This document shows, in pieces, positions 40,931-50,831 of a stretch of DNA of 64,000 nucleotides (position 1 is its first letter; each line of letters begins with the position of its first letter). The position numbers were made by a program, and so were the translations under genes. The DNA is from Candidatus Methanoperedenaceae archaeon (GTDB lineage Archaea > Halobacteriota > Methanosarcinia > Methanosarcinales > Methanoperedenaceae). The notes below the pieces were generated by a model. It had not been told where the DNA came from and did not search any database. It saw only the letters and a list, made by a program, of their open reading frames with translations. Location of the stretch: NCBI GenBank assembly GCA_963753595.1, contig CAVWCX010000022.1, positions 11,821-75,820 of the forward strand, in the 5' to 3' direction.

Positions 40931-43794
40931 ATTTATATATTGAATCCTCTTTTTTAAGCAGTATGAGCGTGTTCCGTTTACTTGATCCACGGATACAGGA
41001 AGCCCTGGCAAAGCAGGGATTTACTTTCCCGACCGAGCCCCAGGTACAAACCATTCCCTTTGTGATGGCAGGTGAACATGTTCTTCTGATAGCGCCCACG
41101 GGTTCAGGGAAAACCGAATCGGTTGTTCTTCCGGTTTTTCACAGGATAATGCAAAATAAAGACGGGGAAAGAACAGAAGAAAAACGCGGGATTTCTGTCA
41201 TTTACATAACGCCTCTACGCGCTCTTAACAGGGACATGCTGACCCGTCTTGAATGGTGGGGAAAGGAACTGGGATTAAAGGTTGCTGTGAGGCACGGGGA
41301 TACGACCACATACGAGAGGCAGAAACAATCTTTAAAACCCCCGGATTTTCTGGTCACAACACCTGAAACTCTCCAGATAATGCTTACCGGAAAGAGGCTC
41401 AGGAATAACCTCAAAACTGTTACGCATGTGATAATTGATGAAGTGCATGAGCTTGCTTCCTCAAAAAGAGGCGCACAGCTTTCAATTGCTCTTGAGCGGC
41501 TCGTGGAAGTCGCAGGTGAATTCCAGAGGCTTGGTCTTTCCGCAACTGTGGGAAAACCTGACCTGATCGCTCATTTTCTTGCAGGAACTGATCGGATAGC
41601 CCGGATTGTAGAAGTTTCACTTTTAAAGCGGCTTGAGTTCAATGTAGTATGTCCGAAACCCGCAAAGGAAGACCACGAATCTTCCAGAAAACTGATGTGC
41701 ACACCCGAGATGGCTTCGCATCTTCGGGTCATTTCCGGAATTGTGGAAAAACACAGATCAACTCTCATATTTGTAAATACCAGGGAATCCGCTGAAATGC
41801 TTGGTTCAAGATTCAGGATGTTAGGGCTGTCAATCGGTGTGCATCATGGTTCTCTATCAAAAGAAACGCGCATAGAGGCTGAGACTAATTTTAAGAATGG
41901 GAGTCTGCGGGGGCTTATCTGCACATCCTCTATGGAACTTGGTATCGATATTGGCGATGTTGACAATGTTATACAATATATGTCACCGCGTGAAGTTACC
42001 CGATTGATACAGAGAGTGGGAAGAGCGGGGCACTGGGTGGGCGAGAAGTCAAGCGGGACTATTATAACAACAGGTGCAGACGATGCGGCTGAATCTTCTG
42101 CCATCACGCGCAGGGCAAAATCGGGCGAGATAGAAATAATCGAGATACATGAGAACAGCACGGACACACTTGCAAACCAGATATGCGGCCTTGTGCTTGA
42201 TTTTGGCCAGATTCCGGCTGAACGTATTTTTTCAATTGTGACAAGGGCATATCCTTTCCGGACGCTTAAGATCGAACTCCTGAAGGCGGTATTAAAACAG
42301 TTAGACGATACCCGGTTGATATGGTTCGAGAACGATATGGCCGGCAAAAAAATGAAGAGCTGGCAGTATTATTATGAAAATCTCTCAATGATCCCTGATG
42401 AGAGGCGGTTTGAGATATTTGATATCGTTAGCGGCAGGACAGTGGGCGCCCTTGATGAGGCTTTTGTTGTTGATTTTGCAGAAGCTGGCGCGGTATTTAT
42501 TGCAAAGGGTGAAATGTGGCGCATCATTGAAGTGATAAGTGAAAAGAGCAGGATCAAAGTCGAACCAATAAGCGATCCCGGAGCGGATGTCCCTAACTGG
42601 GTCGGGGAGGAGATACCTGTTCCTTATGCGGTTTCCCAGGAAGTTGGTGCGATCAGGAAGCGCCTGATGGAAAAAATCAAGAGCAAAGAAATTGATCAGG
42701 AAATAATCGAGGATTACAGGAAAGATTATCCAGCCGATCATGAGGCTGCAGAAGAGATCCTGGAATTGGTGAAGAAGCAGGTCAAAAAAGGTCTCACAGT
42801 GCCTTGTGATGATATCGTGGTCATAGAACAGGATGGAACGTCCATTATCATTAACATCTGCGGCGGGCACAAAGTGAACGAAACCCTGGGCCGTGTCCTG
42901 ACATCGCTGCTTACCGCAAGGTTCGGGGCAAGTGTTGCGATGGAGATAGACCCGTACAGGATAAAACTTGAACTTCCAAAATTATTCAATGCAGAAAAGA
43001 TCAGGGAATTGCTGCTTACAATAAATCCGGACCATATTGAGCCCATCATCGAGATGACGCTTAAGAATTCGATGCTCCTTAAATGGAAAATGGTGCATGT
43101 TGCCCGCAAATTCGGGGCTATCAGCAGGGACGTGGATTATGAGCGGATAAGTATGAAAAAGCTGCTTGATGTTTTTGAACGAACCCCAATGTATGATGAA
43201 GCGGTGCGCGAAATATTCCATGATAAGCTTGATATTGCCCGTTCCATAGATGTCCTGAAAGGTATCCAGGGCGGCAGCCTGAAGCTTGTTATCCAGCCCG
43301 TAAGCCCGATAGGTGAGGCGGGTTTCATGGGAGGGCGGGAATTGATGGCGCCTGAGAGGGCTGACAGTTCCATAATCATGGCCTTAAAGAGCAGGATAAT
43401 GGAAGATAAGGTCATTCTTTTCTGCATTAACTGCAAGAAATGGCGCTCGACGAGAGTTGTAAAAAGCGTTCCTGAGCGCCCCGAATGTCCATTGTGCGGC
43501 AGCAGGATGATAGCGGCTCTTAAGCCCTGGGAAGAAGAGGAAATAAAGATCGCGAAAAAAAAAGAGAAGGACAAATCCGAAGAGGAAAGAAAAAGAACAG
43601 CGCGGGTTTTCAAGAACGCGAACCTTGTTCTCTCGCACGGGAAAACTGCGGCGATTGCTCTTGCTTCAAGGGGTATCGGGCCTGAGACCGCATCACGGGT
43701 CATCGGGAAGCTGAGGGAGGATGAGGAGGAGTTCTACAGGGATATTTTAATTGCGGAGAGGAATTATGCGAAGACGAAGAGGTTCTGGGAGTAG
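40909..43794 (+). CDS. Lhr-like DEAH helicase (likely start ATG 40963)
   Basis: APTGSGKT, DEVH, SAT, QRVGRAGH, C-terminal CxxC..CxxC. Confidence 0.93.
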   Translation: MFVCSRIDLYIESSFLSSMSVFRLLDPRIQEALAKQGFTFPTEPQVQTIPFVMAGEHVLLIAPTGSGKTESVVLPVFHRIMQNKDGERTEEKRGISVIYITPLRALNRDMLTRLEWWGKELGLKVAVRHGDTTTYERQKQSLKPPDFLVTTPETLQIMLTGKRLRNNLKTVTHVIIDEVHELASSKRGAQLSIALERLVEVAGEFQRLGLSATVGKPDLIAHFLAGTDRIARIVEVSLLKRLEFNVVCPKPAKEDHESSRKLMCTPEMASHLRVISGIVEKHRSTLIFVNTRESAEMLGSRFRMLGLSIGVHHGSLSKETRIEAETNFKNGSLRGLICTSSMELGIDIGDVDNVIQYMSPREVTRLIQRVGRAGHWVGEKSSGTIITTGADDAAESSAITRRAKSGEIEIIEIHENSTDTLANQICGLVLDFGQIPAERIFSIVTRAYPFRTLKIELLKAVLKQLDDTRLIWFENDMAGKKMKSWQYYYENLSMIPDERRFEIFDIVSGRTVGALDEAFVVDFAEAGAVFIAKGEMWRIIEVISEKSRIKVEPISDPGADVPNWVGEEIPVPYAVSQEVGAIRKRLMEKIKSKEIDQEIIEDYRKDYPADHEAAEEILELVKKQVKKGLTVPCDDIVVIEQDGTSIIINICGGHKVNETLGRVLTSLLTARFGASVAMEIDPYRIKLELPKLFNAEKIRELLLTINPDHIEPIIEMTLKNSMLLKWKMVHVARKFGAISRDVDYERISMKKLLDVFERTPMYDEAVREIFHDKLDIARSIDVLKGIQGGSLKLVIQPVSPIGEAGFMGGRELMAPERADSSIIMALKSRIMEDKVILFCINCKKWRSTRVVKSVPERPECPLCGSRMIAALKPWEEEEIKIAKKKEKDKSEEERKRTARVFKNANLVLSHGKTAAIALASRGIGPETASRVIGKLREDEEEFYRDILIAERNYAKTKRFWE

Positions 43795-43860
43795 AATAAT
43801 ATAAGAAACAGGAAGGCCATAAATTACCATTATTGCTCATCGATCCTGTTTATGGTTTAA

Positions 43861-44787
43861 CTATTCTTCAAAATAATCATTGTCGATGTTTTTAATTTCA
43901 TAAGTGGCAGACGTTGAGACACCAATGTTATACTTAATCATAAGGTTAGCTAACTGATGACCATCGATTAATACGATTTTGTGATCTATTGTTTTAACAT
44001 ATTCTCTGGCGCCCTCAGAAAAAGTGGAAGTCGTTATAAATATCCCTTTTTTTATTCCTCTTTTATTCAGCAGAGCTCCCGCAAAATCCCTTAGTGCAGG
44101 TTCTTGAATTGATGATTCATATTTTTTTGCCTGAATGTAAATAGCATCCAATCCCAACATATCCTGCCTAATTATGCCATCTATACCGCCATCTCCACTT
44201 TTTCCAGTGTGTAGTATAGCATCTTCTGTATCGGCTCCATATCCCATTTTGGATAATACTTCCAAGACAAGTTTTTCAAAAAATACGGGCTCTCGTTTCT
44301 TAATTGAATTTAATAAATCCTCAGCTAAATTAGTCCTCAAAACATTGATAAGAGTATCAATAGTTTCATGAGGTGTTTTTTCATCTATATTTCTTAATGA
44401 CTCCTTTTCAGGTATTATCTCCATTTCCGATTGTTCAGTTCTTCTTATAGCCCTAAAATCTCTAAACTCTTTAAATTTATCAAGATATTTGACATTAATT
44501 AATTTTGGGTCTGCTTTTAGTTCGATTAATCCTCGTTCGGTAATTTTGAAATAAGATCTTCTGGTAGATTCTAAAAGTATTGCTTTTTTCAGGTAAGTTA
44601 AAGCCCAAGCTGTTCTGTTACTAATAATCGCTTGTTTTCCACTGCTTAATAATTTTCTTTTTTCATAATCAGATAAATTATAAATTTTTGATATGTGTTC
44701 TGTGGCTTCAGGTAATGAGTGTTCTGCTTTGTCAGATGAAAACTTCAACAGTGGAAGCATTATACTTTGAAAATCTGGAATTGCCAT
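43861..44787 (-). CDS. mrr: Mrr restriction endonuclease (type IV)
   Basis: MAIPDFQSIMLPLL N-domain, SGDGGIDG, YIQAKKY, FITTS, LIDG. Confidence 0.95.
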   Translation of the reverse strand: MAIPDFQSIMLPLLKFSSDKAEHSLPEATEHISKIYNLSDYEKRKLLSSGKQAIISNRTAWALTYLKKAILLESTRRSYFKITERGLIELKADPKLINVKYLDKFKEFRDFRAIRRTEQSEMEIIPEKESLRNIDEKTPHETIDTLINVLRTNLAEDLLNSIKKREPVFFEKLVLEVLSKMGYGADTEDAILHTGKSGDGGIDGIIRQDMLGLDAIYIQAKKYESSIQEPALRDFAGALLNKRGIKKGIFITTSTFSEGAREYVKTIDHKIVLIDGHQLANLMIKYNIGVSTSATYEIKNIDNDYFEE

Positions 44788-44866
44788 ATAACACAGTATA
44801 AATTCGATTCAGAATATAAACCTATCTTTTAAAGTTGACCTTTAAATGAAAATATTAAAGATACTT

Positions 44867-45076
44867 AGCTTCGCGTTATTTAATGCGATTTTCACCGCAA
44901 AGAGCGCAAAGCTGGGGCGCCTTTTGATGTTGGGGTCATGCGCTGCAGATGGATTTCGCATCTGCGTCCATCTGCGGTTCCATATTTCCGAAATAGTTCA
45001 TTGATGCTGAAATATCGGCACCGATAATTAAATAATATAAGTAAAATAAATATTGGGCGCAGGACAGGAGGAATGA
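44867..45076 (+). repeat. ~210-bp direct repeat, copy 1 (REP-like part plus TATA-like part)
   Basis: Shares cgcaaagctggggcgccttttgatg..ggggtcatgcg..ctgcgtccatctgcggttc..ctgaaatatcggc.ccgataatt with 46122-46340. Confidence 0.9.
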
Positions 45077-45184
45077 GGAGCAGAAAGACCTTTTTAAAAA
45101 TCACTTTCACACCGCTATGCTAATCCTTTTAGACTCCAAAGACATCTTAACAAAACAAGAAAAATACCTACAAGAGATATAAAC

Positions 45185-46039
45185 ATGAATTCAAAGGATG
45201 CACTTGTTGTTTTTGAGGGAACCAAAATACGGCGAACATGGAACAACAACGAATGGTGGTTCGTATTAGAGGATATAGTATATTTTTTAACCGATTCCAG
45301 CGACCCCAAACAGTATATTCAAAAGATGAAACAAAGAGATGAACCCCTGGCAAAAGGGTGGGTACAAATTGTACATACCCTTACAGTAGATACTCCGGGA
45401 GGGATGCAAAAAATGAATTGCGTGAATACAGAAGGAGCATTCAGGATATTACAATCCATTCCATCCCACAAAGCCGAACCTTTTAAATTATGGCTCGCAA
45501 AAGTTGGGTATGAACGTGTGCAGGAGATAGAAGACCCGGAACTGGCACAAAAAAGGATGAAGGATATCTATAAATTGAAAGGCTACTCCGAGGAATGGAT
45601 CGAGAAAAGAGCAAGGGGGATCGCGATAAGGGATGAACTGACTGACGAATGGGATAAAAGAGGCGCAAAATCCAGACAGGATTACTCTATTTTGACTGCT
45701 GAGATATCAAGAGCTACTTTTGGATTGACACCCGCCGAATATAAACGATTAAAAGGATTGAAGACAGAAAATTTAAGAGACCACATGGATGATATTGAAT
45801 TGATACTCACAATGCTTGGCGAGGCTACTACTACACGATTTACACGCGACAGGGATTCACAGGAGTTCCCTGAATTGCGAAATGATGCAAAAGATGGCGG
45901 GGATGTAGCGGGAGCGACACGAAAAGATATTGAAGGAAAATTGGGAAAAAGCGTGGTTTCAAGCGATAATTATCTCGAAGCGCCGGAAAAGACAAAAAGA
46001 ATAGGAAGAAAGAAGAAAAACATGGAATTGGGATTATGA
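45185..46039 (+). CDS. Bro-N domain protein
   Basis: IRRTWNNNEWWFVLEDIV, QSIPSHKAEPFKLWLAKVGYER, NLRDHM. Confidence 0.9.
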   Translation: MNSKDALVVFEGTKIRRTWNNNEWWFVLEDIVYFLTDSSDPKQYIQKMKQRDEPLAKGWVQIVHTLTVDTPGGMQKMNCVNTEGAFRILQSIPSHKAEPFKLWLAKVGYERVQEIEDPELAQKRMKDIYKLKGYSEEWIEKRARGIAIRDELTDEWDKRGAKSRQDYSILTAEISRATFGLTPAEYKRLKGLKTENLRDHMDDIELILTMLGEATTTRFTRDRDSQEFPELRNDAKDGGDVAGATRKDIEGKLGKSVVSSDNYLEAPEKTKRIGRKKKNMELGL

Positions 46040-46121
46040 AGATTGCCCCCCTCAGTTCGAAAATTTGCGGTTGACTTGAAACGGCTAATTTGCAGGCAAA
46101 TATGGTATTAAACTGCGGCTG

Positions 46122-46340
46122 AGCTTTGCGTTATTTAAAGCGATTTTCTATGCAAAGTCCGCAAAGCTGGGGCGCCTTTTGATGCTGGGGTCATGCGTTG
46201 CAAAGGGATTTCGCATCCGCGTTTACCTGCGTCCATCTGCGGTTCTAAATTTTCAAAACCATTCATTGATACTGAAATATCGGCGCCGATAATTAAGTAA
46301 TATAAGTATAATAACTATTTGGAGCAGGAAAGATGAATGA
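46122..46340 (+). repeat. Direct repeat, copy 2
   Basis: Homologous to 44867-45076 with a short insertion. Confidence 0.9.
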
Positions 46341-46459
46341 TTTACACCTTAATTCAAAAATCAACTGTGCTGAAATATTCAGATACCCCTTTCAAATCCT
46401 TCATTAAACATGTGATAGAATAACTATTTGCGTATTCAATCACAATCTTTTTAATAAAT

Positions 46460-46765
46460 ATGGGCGCTACAATAACAACTCGTGTCCCCGATGACATCGA
46501 GAAAATAATCGAAAACATCTCGCGCATTGAGCATCTCGATAAATCTACAGTTGTCCGCAGGCTACTGACTAAAGCAGTAAAGGAATGGCTGATAGAAAAT
46601 GCACTGGAGCAGTACAGGGATGGGAAAATAACGATCGGCAAGGCGGCAGACATGGTTGACATTCCTATTCGTGAGATGATAGCTATCGCCGCAAAGAAGG
46701 GAATACAATTCCAGTACAGCCTCGATGACCTCCAGGAAGATTTTCATGCGTCTCAAATACTATGA
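46460..46765 (+). CDS. UPF0175-type antitoxin (RHH/HTH)
   Basis: ALEQYRDGKITIGKAADM...LQEDF. Confidence 0.85.
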   Translation: MGATITTRVPDDIEKIIENISRIEHLDKSTVVRRLLTKAVKEWLIENALEQYRDGKITIGKAADMVDIPIREMIAIAAKKGIQFQYSLDDLQEDFHASQIL

Positions 46766-46907
46766 TTGTAAGCAAAAACTGTGCTGAAATATTCAGATGG
46801 CATTTCAGATCATTCATCTGCACTTCTTTTTCTCTTAAACTCTTTCTCCCATCATTTGATGTCACGATGGAAGCTGACGGTTGAAGAGATTGGAGAAGCG
46901 GACTATC

Positions 46908-47663
46908 TCACCTGATAAACTCTTCAATAATTTCATTCAATTCTTTGGGTTTATCAATCATGACTATGTGCTTACTTTGCGGTATGATTTTCAATTTTGA
47001 GCCTTCAATCTCTCTATTTAGATACTGGCTCATTTCTATAGGTGTTGATTTATCATTTTCACCAACGATAATTATTGTCGGTATTTTTATTTCGGAAACT
47101 CTATCTCTGATATCGTAGTTTTTTGACTCTTTTAAACACTCATATGCCACAGGCTTTGGGGTTTTGATAGCCCTGTTGAATGCTTCCTTTCTTATTTGTT
47201 CTGTAGGTTGAGAAAAGTTGTGGTTAATACCTATCTGTATGAATGATTCATAAGAGAAAATATGCATCATAATCCATAAAGAGAGACGCATTGAAAGGGA
47301 CTGTTTTGCAGTAGTACCAACTAAAACCAGCTTAGAGACTTTATCAGGATGATTTAATGCAAATGTGAGAGCTGTCATGCCTCCCATCGCATGACCAACG
47401 AGTGTAACTTTTTTAAGATCGAGTCCTTGTATAAGAGAGTACAGGTCATTCGATAATGTTTCAACTGAATAATTGGCTTTTGGTTTATCTGATTTGCCAT
47501 GCCCTCTATGGTCGTATGCGATCACTTTATACTTTTTAAAAAAAAACTCAATTTGAGAGTTCCATACCGGGCATTCACCCATCCATCCATGAGAAAAAAT
47601 AATCGGTTCGCCCTCACCGTGCACTTCATAATATAATTCTATGTCATCCACCTTAATCTTCAT
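46908..47663 (-). CDS. Alpha/beta hydrolase with GHAMGG in place of GHSMGG
   Basis: HGW, DHRGHGKS, GEND, C-terminal His. Confidence 0.9.
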   Translation of the reverse strand: MKIKVDDIELYYEVHGEGEPIIFSHGWMGECPVWNSQIEFFFKKYKVIAYDHRGHGKSDKPKANYSVETLSNDLYSLIQGLDLKKVTLVGHAMGGMTALTFALNHPDKVSKLVLVGTTAKQSLSMRLSLWIMMHIFSYESFIQIGINHNFSQPTEQIRKEAFNRAIKTPKPVAYECLKESKNYDIRDRVSEIKIPTIIIVGENDKSTPIEMSQYLNREIEGSKLKIIPQSKHIVMIDKPKELNEIIEEFIR

Positions 47664-47811
47664 GTAAATTCACTCCAATATCAATGGAAATAGTTGTAAT
47701 ATAAAACTTTGTACACTTTCATTTTTCCAAATAATCCATATTCGGATGTATGCAGGACTTTCTTTGAGGGGCCAAATGTCCACCTTTGTTCTAAATTTGA
47801 AGGGTAGTACC

Positions 47812-47914
47812 TATTCTCTTAAACCTTCACCCTCTCCCCTCATTCATTCCTTTGTAAATCCCAAACTCTGATTTCTTTAAAAACTCCCCTTCAAACACAG
47901 GCCCATCCTTGCAT
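47812..47914 (-). repeat. Diverged duplicate of the pyrK 3' end
   Basis: Aligns to 49090-49193, including the stop codon and the CKDGPVF codons. Confidence 0.9.
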
Positions 47915-48026
47915 GTACTGGCAAGACTGCCCCATCACAGCCAGTACCACAAAAATGGTTGAAAAGGAAAACATTCGTTTCACATCTCGTAAACTATAAA
48001 TAACAGTTGTAAACTAAATATAACAG

Positions 48027-48557
48027 ATGTTAACTGAAAATAACAAGGTCAAAATCCTCAGACTTTTTTTTGAGGGGCCAAATGTTCGCCTTTATTTAAG
48101 GGAAGTGGCGCGAAGAGCCGAACTTTCAGCAACAGGCGCAATGAAGATACTTGGCGCACTTGAGAAAGAAGGACTATTAGAGAAAGAGCGTACTGCGCTC
48201 ACGGTAAATTATCGCGGGAATTATGACAATGAAAGTTTTATGGCTTTGAAAAGGTCACTTAACCTTTATTCTCTATATTCCTGTGGGCTGGTCTCGTCAT
48301 TAGTAGAATTTTACAAGATCCTTGAGTGCATAATTCTTTTTGGAAGTTACGCAAAGGGTGAAGATACAAACGAAAGTGATATAGATATTGCAGTTCTGAC
48401 AAGTCTGAAAGACTATCCAGGGCTTGATATCTATGAAGGCTGTCTGAAGAGGAAAATAAGCTTGCATCTCATTGAAAATATAAAAAATGAAAACCAGGAA
48501 TTTATCAATAGCCTTGCAAATGGTATAGTGATTTATGGTTATTTCGAAGTGGTATAA
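48027..48557 (+). CDS. HTH plus minimal nucleotidyltransferase (MntA-like antitoxin)
   Basis: LREVARRAELS HTH; LFGSYAKGEDTNESDIDIAV. Confidence 0.9.
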   Translation: MLTENNKVKILRLFFEGPNVRLYLREVARRAELSATGAMKILGALEKEGLLEKERTALTVNYRGNYDNESFMALKRSLNLYSLYSCGLVSSLVEFYKILECIILFGSYAKGEDTNESDIDIAVLTSLKDYPGLDIYEGCLKRKISLHLIENIKNENQEFINSLANGIVIYGYFEVV

Positions 48558-48679
48558 TTGAAACCTTTTAAGTTTTATATCGAATCTGGCCTTGTGAGTA
48601 CAAATAGAAACCAATCGAAGTGAACATATAGAGGTTTATAATGCTGATGGTGAATCAGATGTGGCCAGAATGGCAACTT

Positions 48680-48771
48680 CTAAGGCTTCCATATTTTGAG
48701 AAAATCCACCCTCTCAAAATCGCCATCGTTGGTCGCAATATTTTCAATTCCGCAAACCTTGCAACCCCATC
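48680..48771 (-). pseudogene. C-terminal remnant of a PIN/VapC toxin
   Basis: CKVCGIENIATNDGDFERVDFLKIWKP* directly after the antitoxin stop; the coupled ATG is out of frame. Confidence 0.75.
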
Positions 48772-49000
48772 AAACCAGCTCTTCTATATCTTTTTCTGCA
48801 ATCTCCAGAACGATATCTTCAGGAACATCTATTTTGGTTTTAACGATTGGCTCTTTTTTCAGTTTTACTAATATCTCTTTTTCATTAGATTTTAAAGGCC
48901 TATTAAGCAAGAGCGTTCTTTTATCAAGCATTGTTCCATATATCTGTGCAGACATTTCTACCTCTTGTGAGAGTTTTAGACTCTCAACCAATATATACAT
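48770..49000 (-). CDS. Small putative antitoxin
   Basis: Short ORF with acidic tail, TGATG-coupled to the PIN remnant. Confidence 0.6.
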   Translation of the reverse strand: MYILVESLKLSQEVEMSAQIYGTMLDKRTLLLNRPLKSNEKEILVKLKKEPIVKTKIDVPEDIVLEIAEKDIEELV

Positions 49001-49096
49001 TTTCCAAGTAACTTCAGGAGTATAGAATAGAACATGATGTGCTGAAATCTTCAGATGTCCCCCCTTTCATATAATTAATCTGCACTTCTTATTCTC

Positions 49097-49843
49097 TTAA
49101 ACCCTCACCCTCTCCCCGCACTCATTTCTCCTGTAAATCCCGAACTCTGATCTCTTTAAAACCTCCCCTCCGAACACAGGTCCGTCCTTGCATACGCGCA
49201 GGCCATCCACACAGCACGCACCGCAAATCCCGAGGCCGCATTTGATGTAGCGGTGAAGGCTGAATTGTGCTTTTTCAGGCTCCACTTTATCAAGGACTTT
49301 TTTCATCATGATTTCAGGACCACAGCAATATATCTGGTCATAGTTTTCCTGCTCCGGTATCAATTGGGTCACATATCCGTATTTTCCAACGGATCCGTCA
49401 TCTGTTGCGACCATCATGGATCCTGCGGCTTCAAAGCGTTCCCTGAATACCAGTTCTTCCTTTGTTTTTGCTCCAAGAAGCGTTGTGACTTTTAGTCCCT
49501 CTGAACTTGCTTTTTCAGCAAGAGGCGAAAGCGGAGCTGCCCCGACCCCGCCTGCTATCAGCAATATATTCTTTCCCTTTAATTCAAAGCCGTTCCCGAA
49601 AGGTCCGCGGATGCCAATTGAGTCGCCTTCTCCAAGTTCGAACAATGCTGATGTCGCAGCCCCTACCTCCTGGACTGTGATAGCATTATCATAGGAGAGC
49701 GCCATCGGGATCTCATCCACGCCGCGTATCCAGGCCATCACGAACTGACCCGGTCCTGGTTTAAAAGAGGTATCAAAGAAGAAAGTCCTTATCGTTGGCG
49801 TTTCTTCCACTACCTTTGTTATTATGGCATTTGCAGGTTTCAT
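49097..49843 (-). CDS. pyrK: Dihydroorotate dehydrogenase electron transfer subunit
   Basis: RGPFGNGF, AGGVGAAP, CGPE, CGLGICGAC, CKDGPVF. Confidence 0.95.
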   Translation of the reverse strand: MKPANAIITKVVEETPTIRTFFFDTSFKPGPGQFVMAWIRGVDEIPMALSYDNAITVQEVGAATSALFELGEGDSIGIRGPFGNGFELKGKNILLIAGGVGAAPLSPLAEKASSEGLKVTTLLGAKTKEELVFRERFEAAGSMMVATDDGSVGKYGYVTQLIPEQENYDQIYCCGPEIMMKKVLDKVEPEKAQFSLHRYIKCGLGICGACCVDGLRVCKDGPVFGGEVLKRSEFGIYRRNECGERVRV

Positions 49844-50730
49844 TTTTTATGCGCCATCCCGTAAATTTCATTGAATGTCCATTCTTTTTCTGCAAGGAAT
49901 GCTTCGATACCCATTGATACATCTTTGAAAATATTGATGTTATTCCCTGCTGCAGAGCCAATTTGAACCGCAAGCGCTCCTGCCATTATGAATTCAACCG
50001 CATCCTTCCAGTCCGAGATCCCGCCAACGCCAATTACCGGTATGTCAAGAACATCATAAAGATCATAAACACACTTTATCGCAACTGGCTTTATTGCGCG
50101 GCCAGAAAGCCCACCGAATTTGTTTCCCAGCACAGGATAACCACTTTCGATATCTATTGCCATCCCCCTCACCGTGTTTATCGCAACAACTGCATCAGCT
50201 CCCCCTTTCTGGGCTGCCAGTCCTATACTTTTTATATCTGTGACATTGGGCGTTAATTTTACCCAGACCGGCGCATCGGTTGCGGTTTTAACTGCCGCAG
50301 TGATATCTTCCACAAGAGCCGGGTCTGTACCGATATCGGCGCCAAACCCATGAGCATGCGGGCAGCTTACATTGAGCTCAAACGCATCAGCGTCCAGCTT
50401 GCCTGCTATTTCTGAAAAATCAAGCGCGCACCCCCCGAAAATACTTGCGATCACAGGCACACCCGAATTCCTCGCGAGGTCAATTTCCTGCTGGAAATTC
50501 TTATAAGAAGGATTTGGAAGACCCAATGCATTCAGGTAACCGCAGTCCACTTCAACCATGCTCGGGTTAGCGTGCCCGGTTTTTGGTTCTATCCCGATGG
50601 ATTTTGTGACAACTGCCCCTGCTCTATTATCCGCGATACGCTTGAGTGAGCCGCCTGTTGTCCCCATTATCCCTGCTGCAAGCACCAATGGATTTTTTAA
50701 TTTCAGACCGGTTACAGTTAAAGAGAGCAT
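49840..50730 (-). CDS. pyrD: Dihydroorotate dehydrogenase 1B catalytic subunit
   Basis: ELNVSCPH, VKLTPN, GGLSG, GVGGI. Confidence 0.96.
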   Translation of the reverse strand: MLSLTVTGLKLKNPLVLAAGIMGTTGGSLKRIADNRAGAVVTKSIGIEPKTGHANPSMVEVDCGYLNALGLPNPSYKNFQQEIDLARNSGVPVIASIFGGCALDFSEIAGKLDADAFELNVSCPHAHGFGADIGTDPALVEDITAAVKTATDAPVWVKLTPNVTDIKSIGLAAQKGGADAVVAINTVRGMAIDIESGYPVLGNKFGGLSGRAIKPVAIKCVYDLYDVLDIPVIGVGGISDWKDAVEFIMAGALAVQIGSAAGNNINIFKDVSMGIEAFLAEKEWTFNEIYGMAHKK

Positions 50731-50831
50731 AGAGGTTTATGATTGATATTATATGCTTAAAAAAGTAACCCTGAAAAAAAGTGTAGAGTCTGAAAAAAAG
50801 AGTTTTTCTATAAGAGAAATAGCTTTAATCT

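Noticed and set aside
38196-43794. Inteins in MCM, Lhr or Cdc48
   Set aside because: The proteins have normal lengths and contiguous motifs, with no splice-junction signatures.
47812-49193. pyrK tail duplicate as a diversity-generating retroelement TR/VR pair
   Set aside because: The differences are not restricted to adenines, include an indel, and there is no reverse transcriptase in the window.
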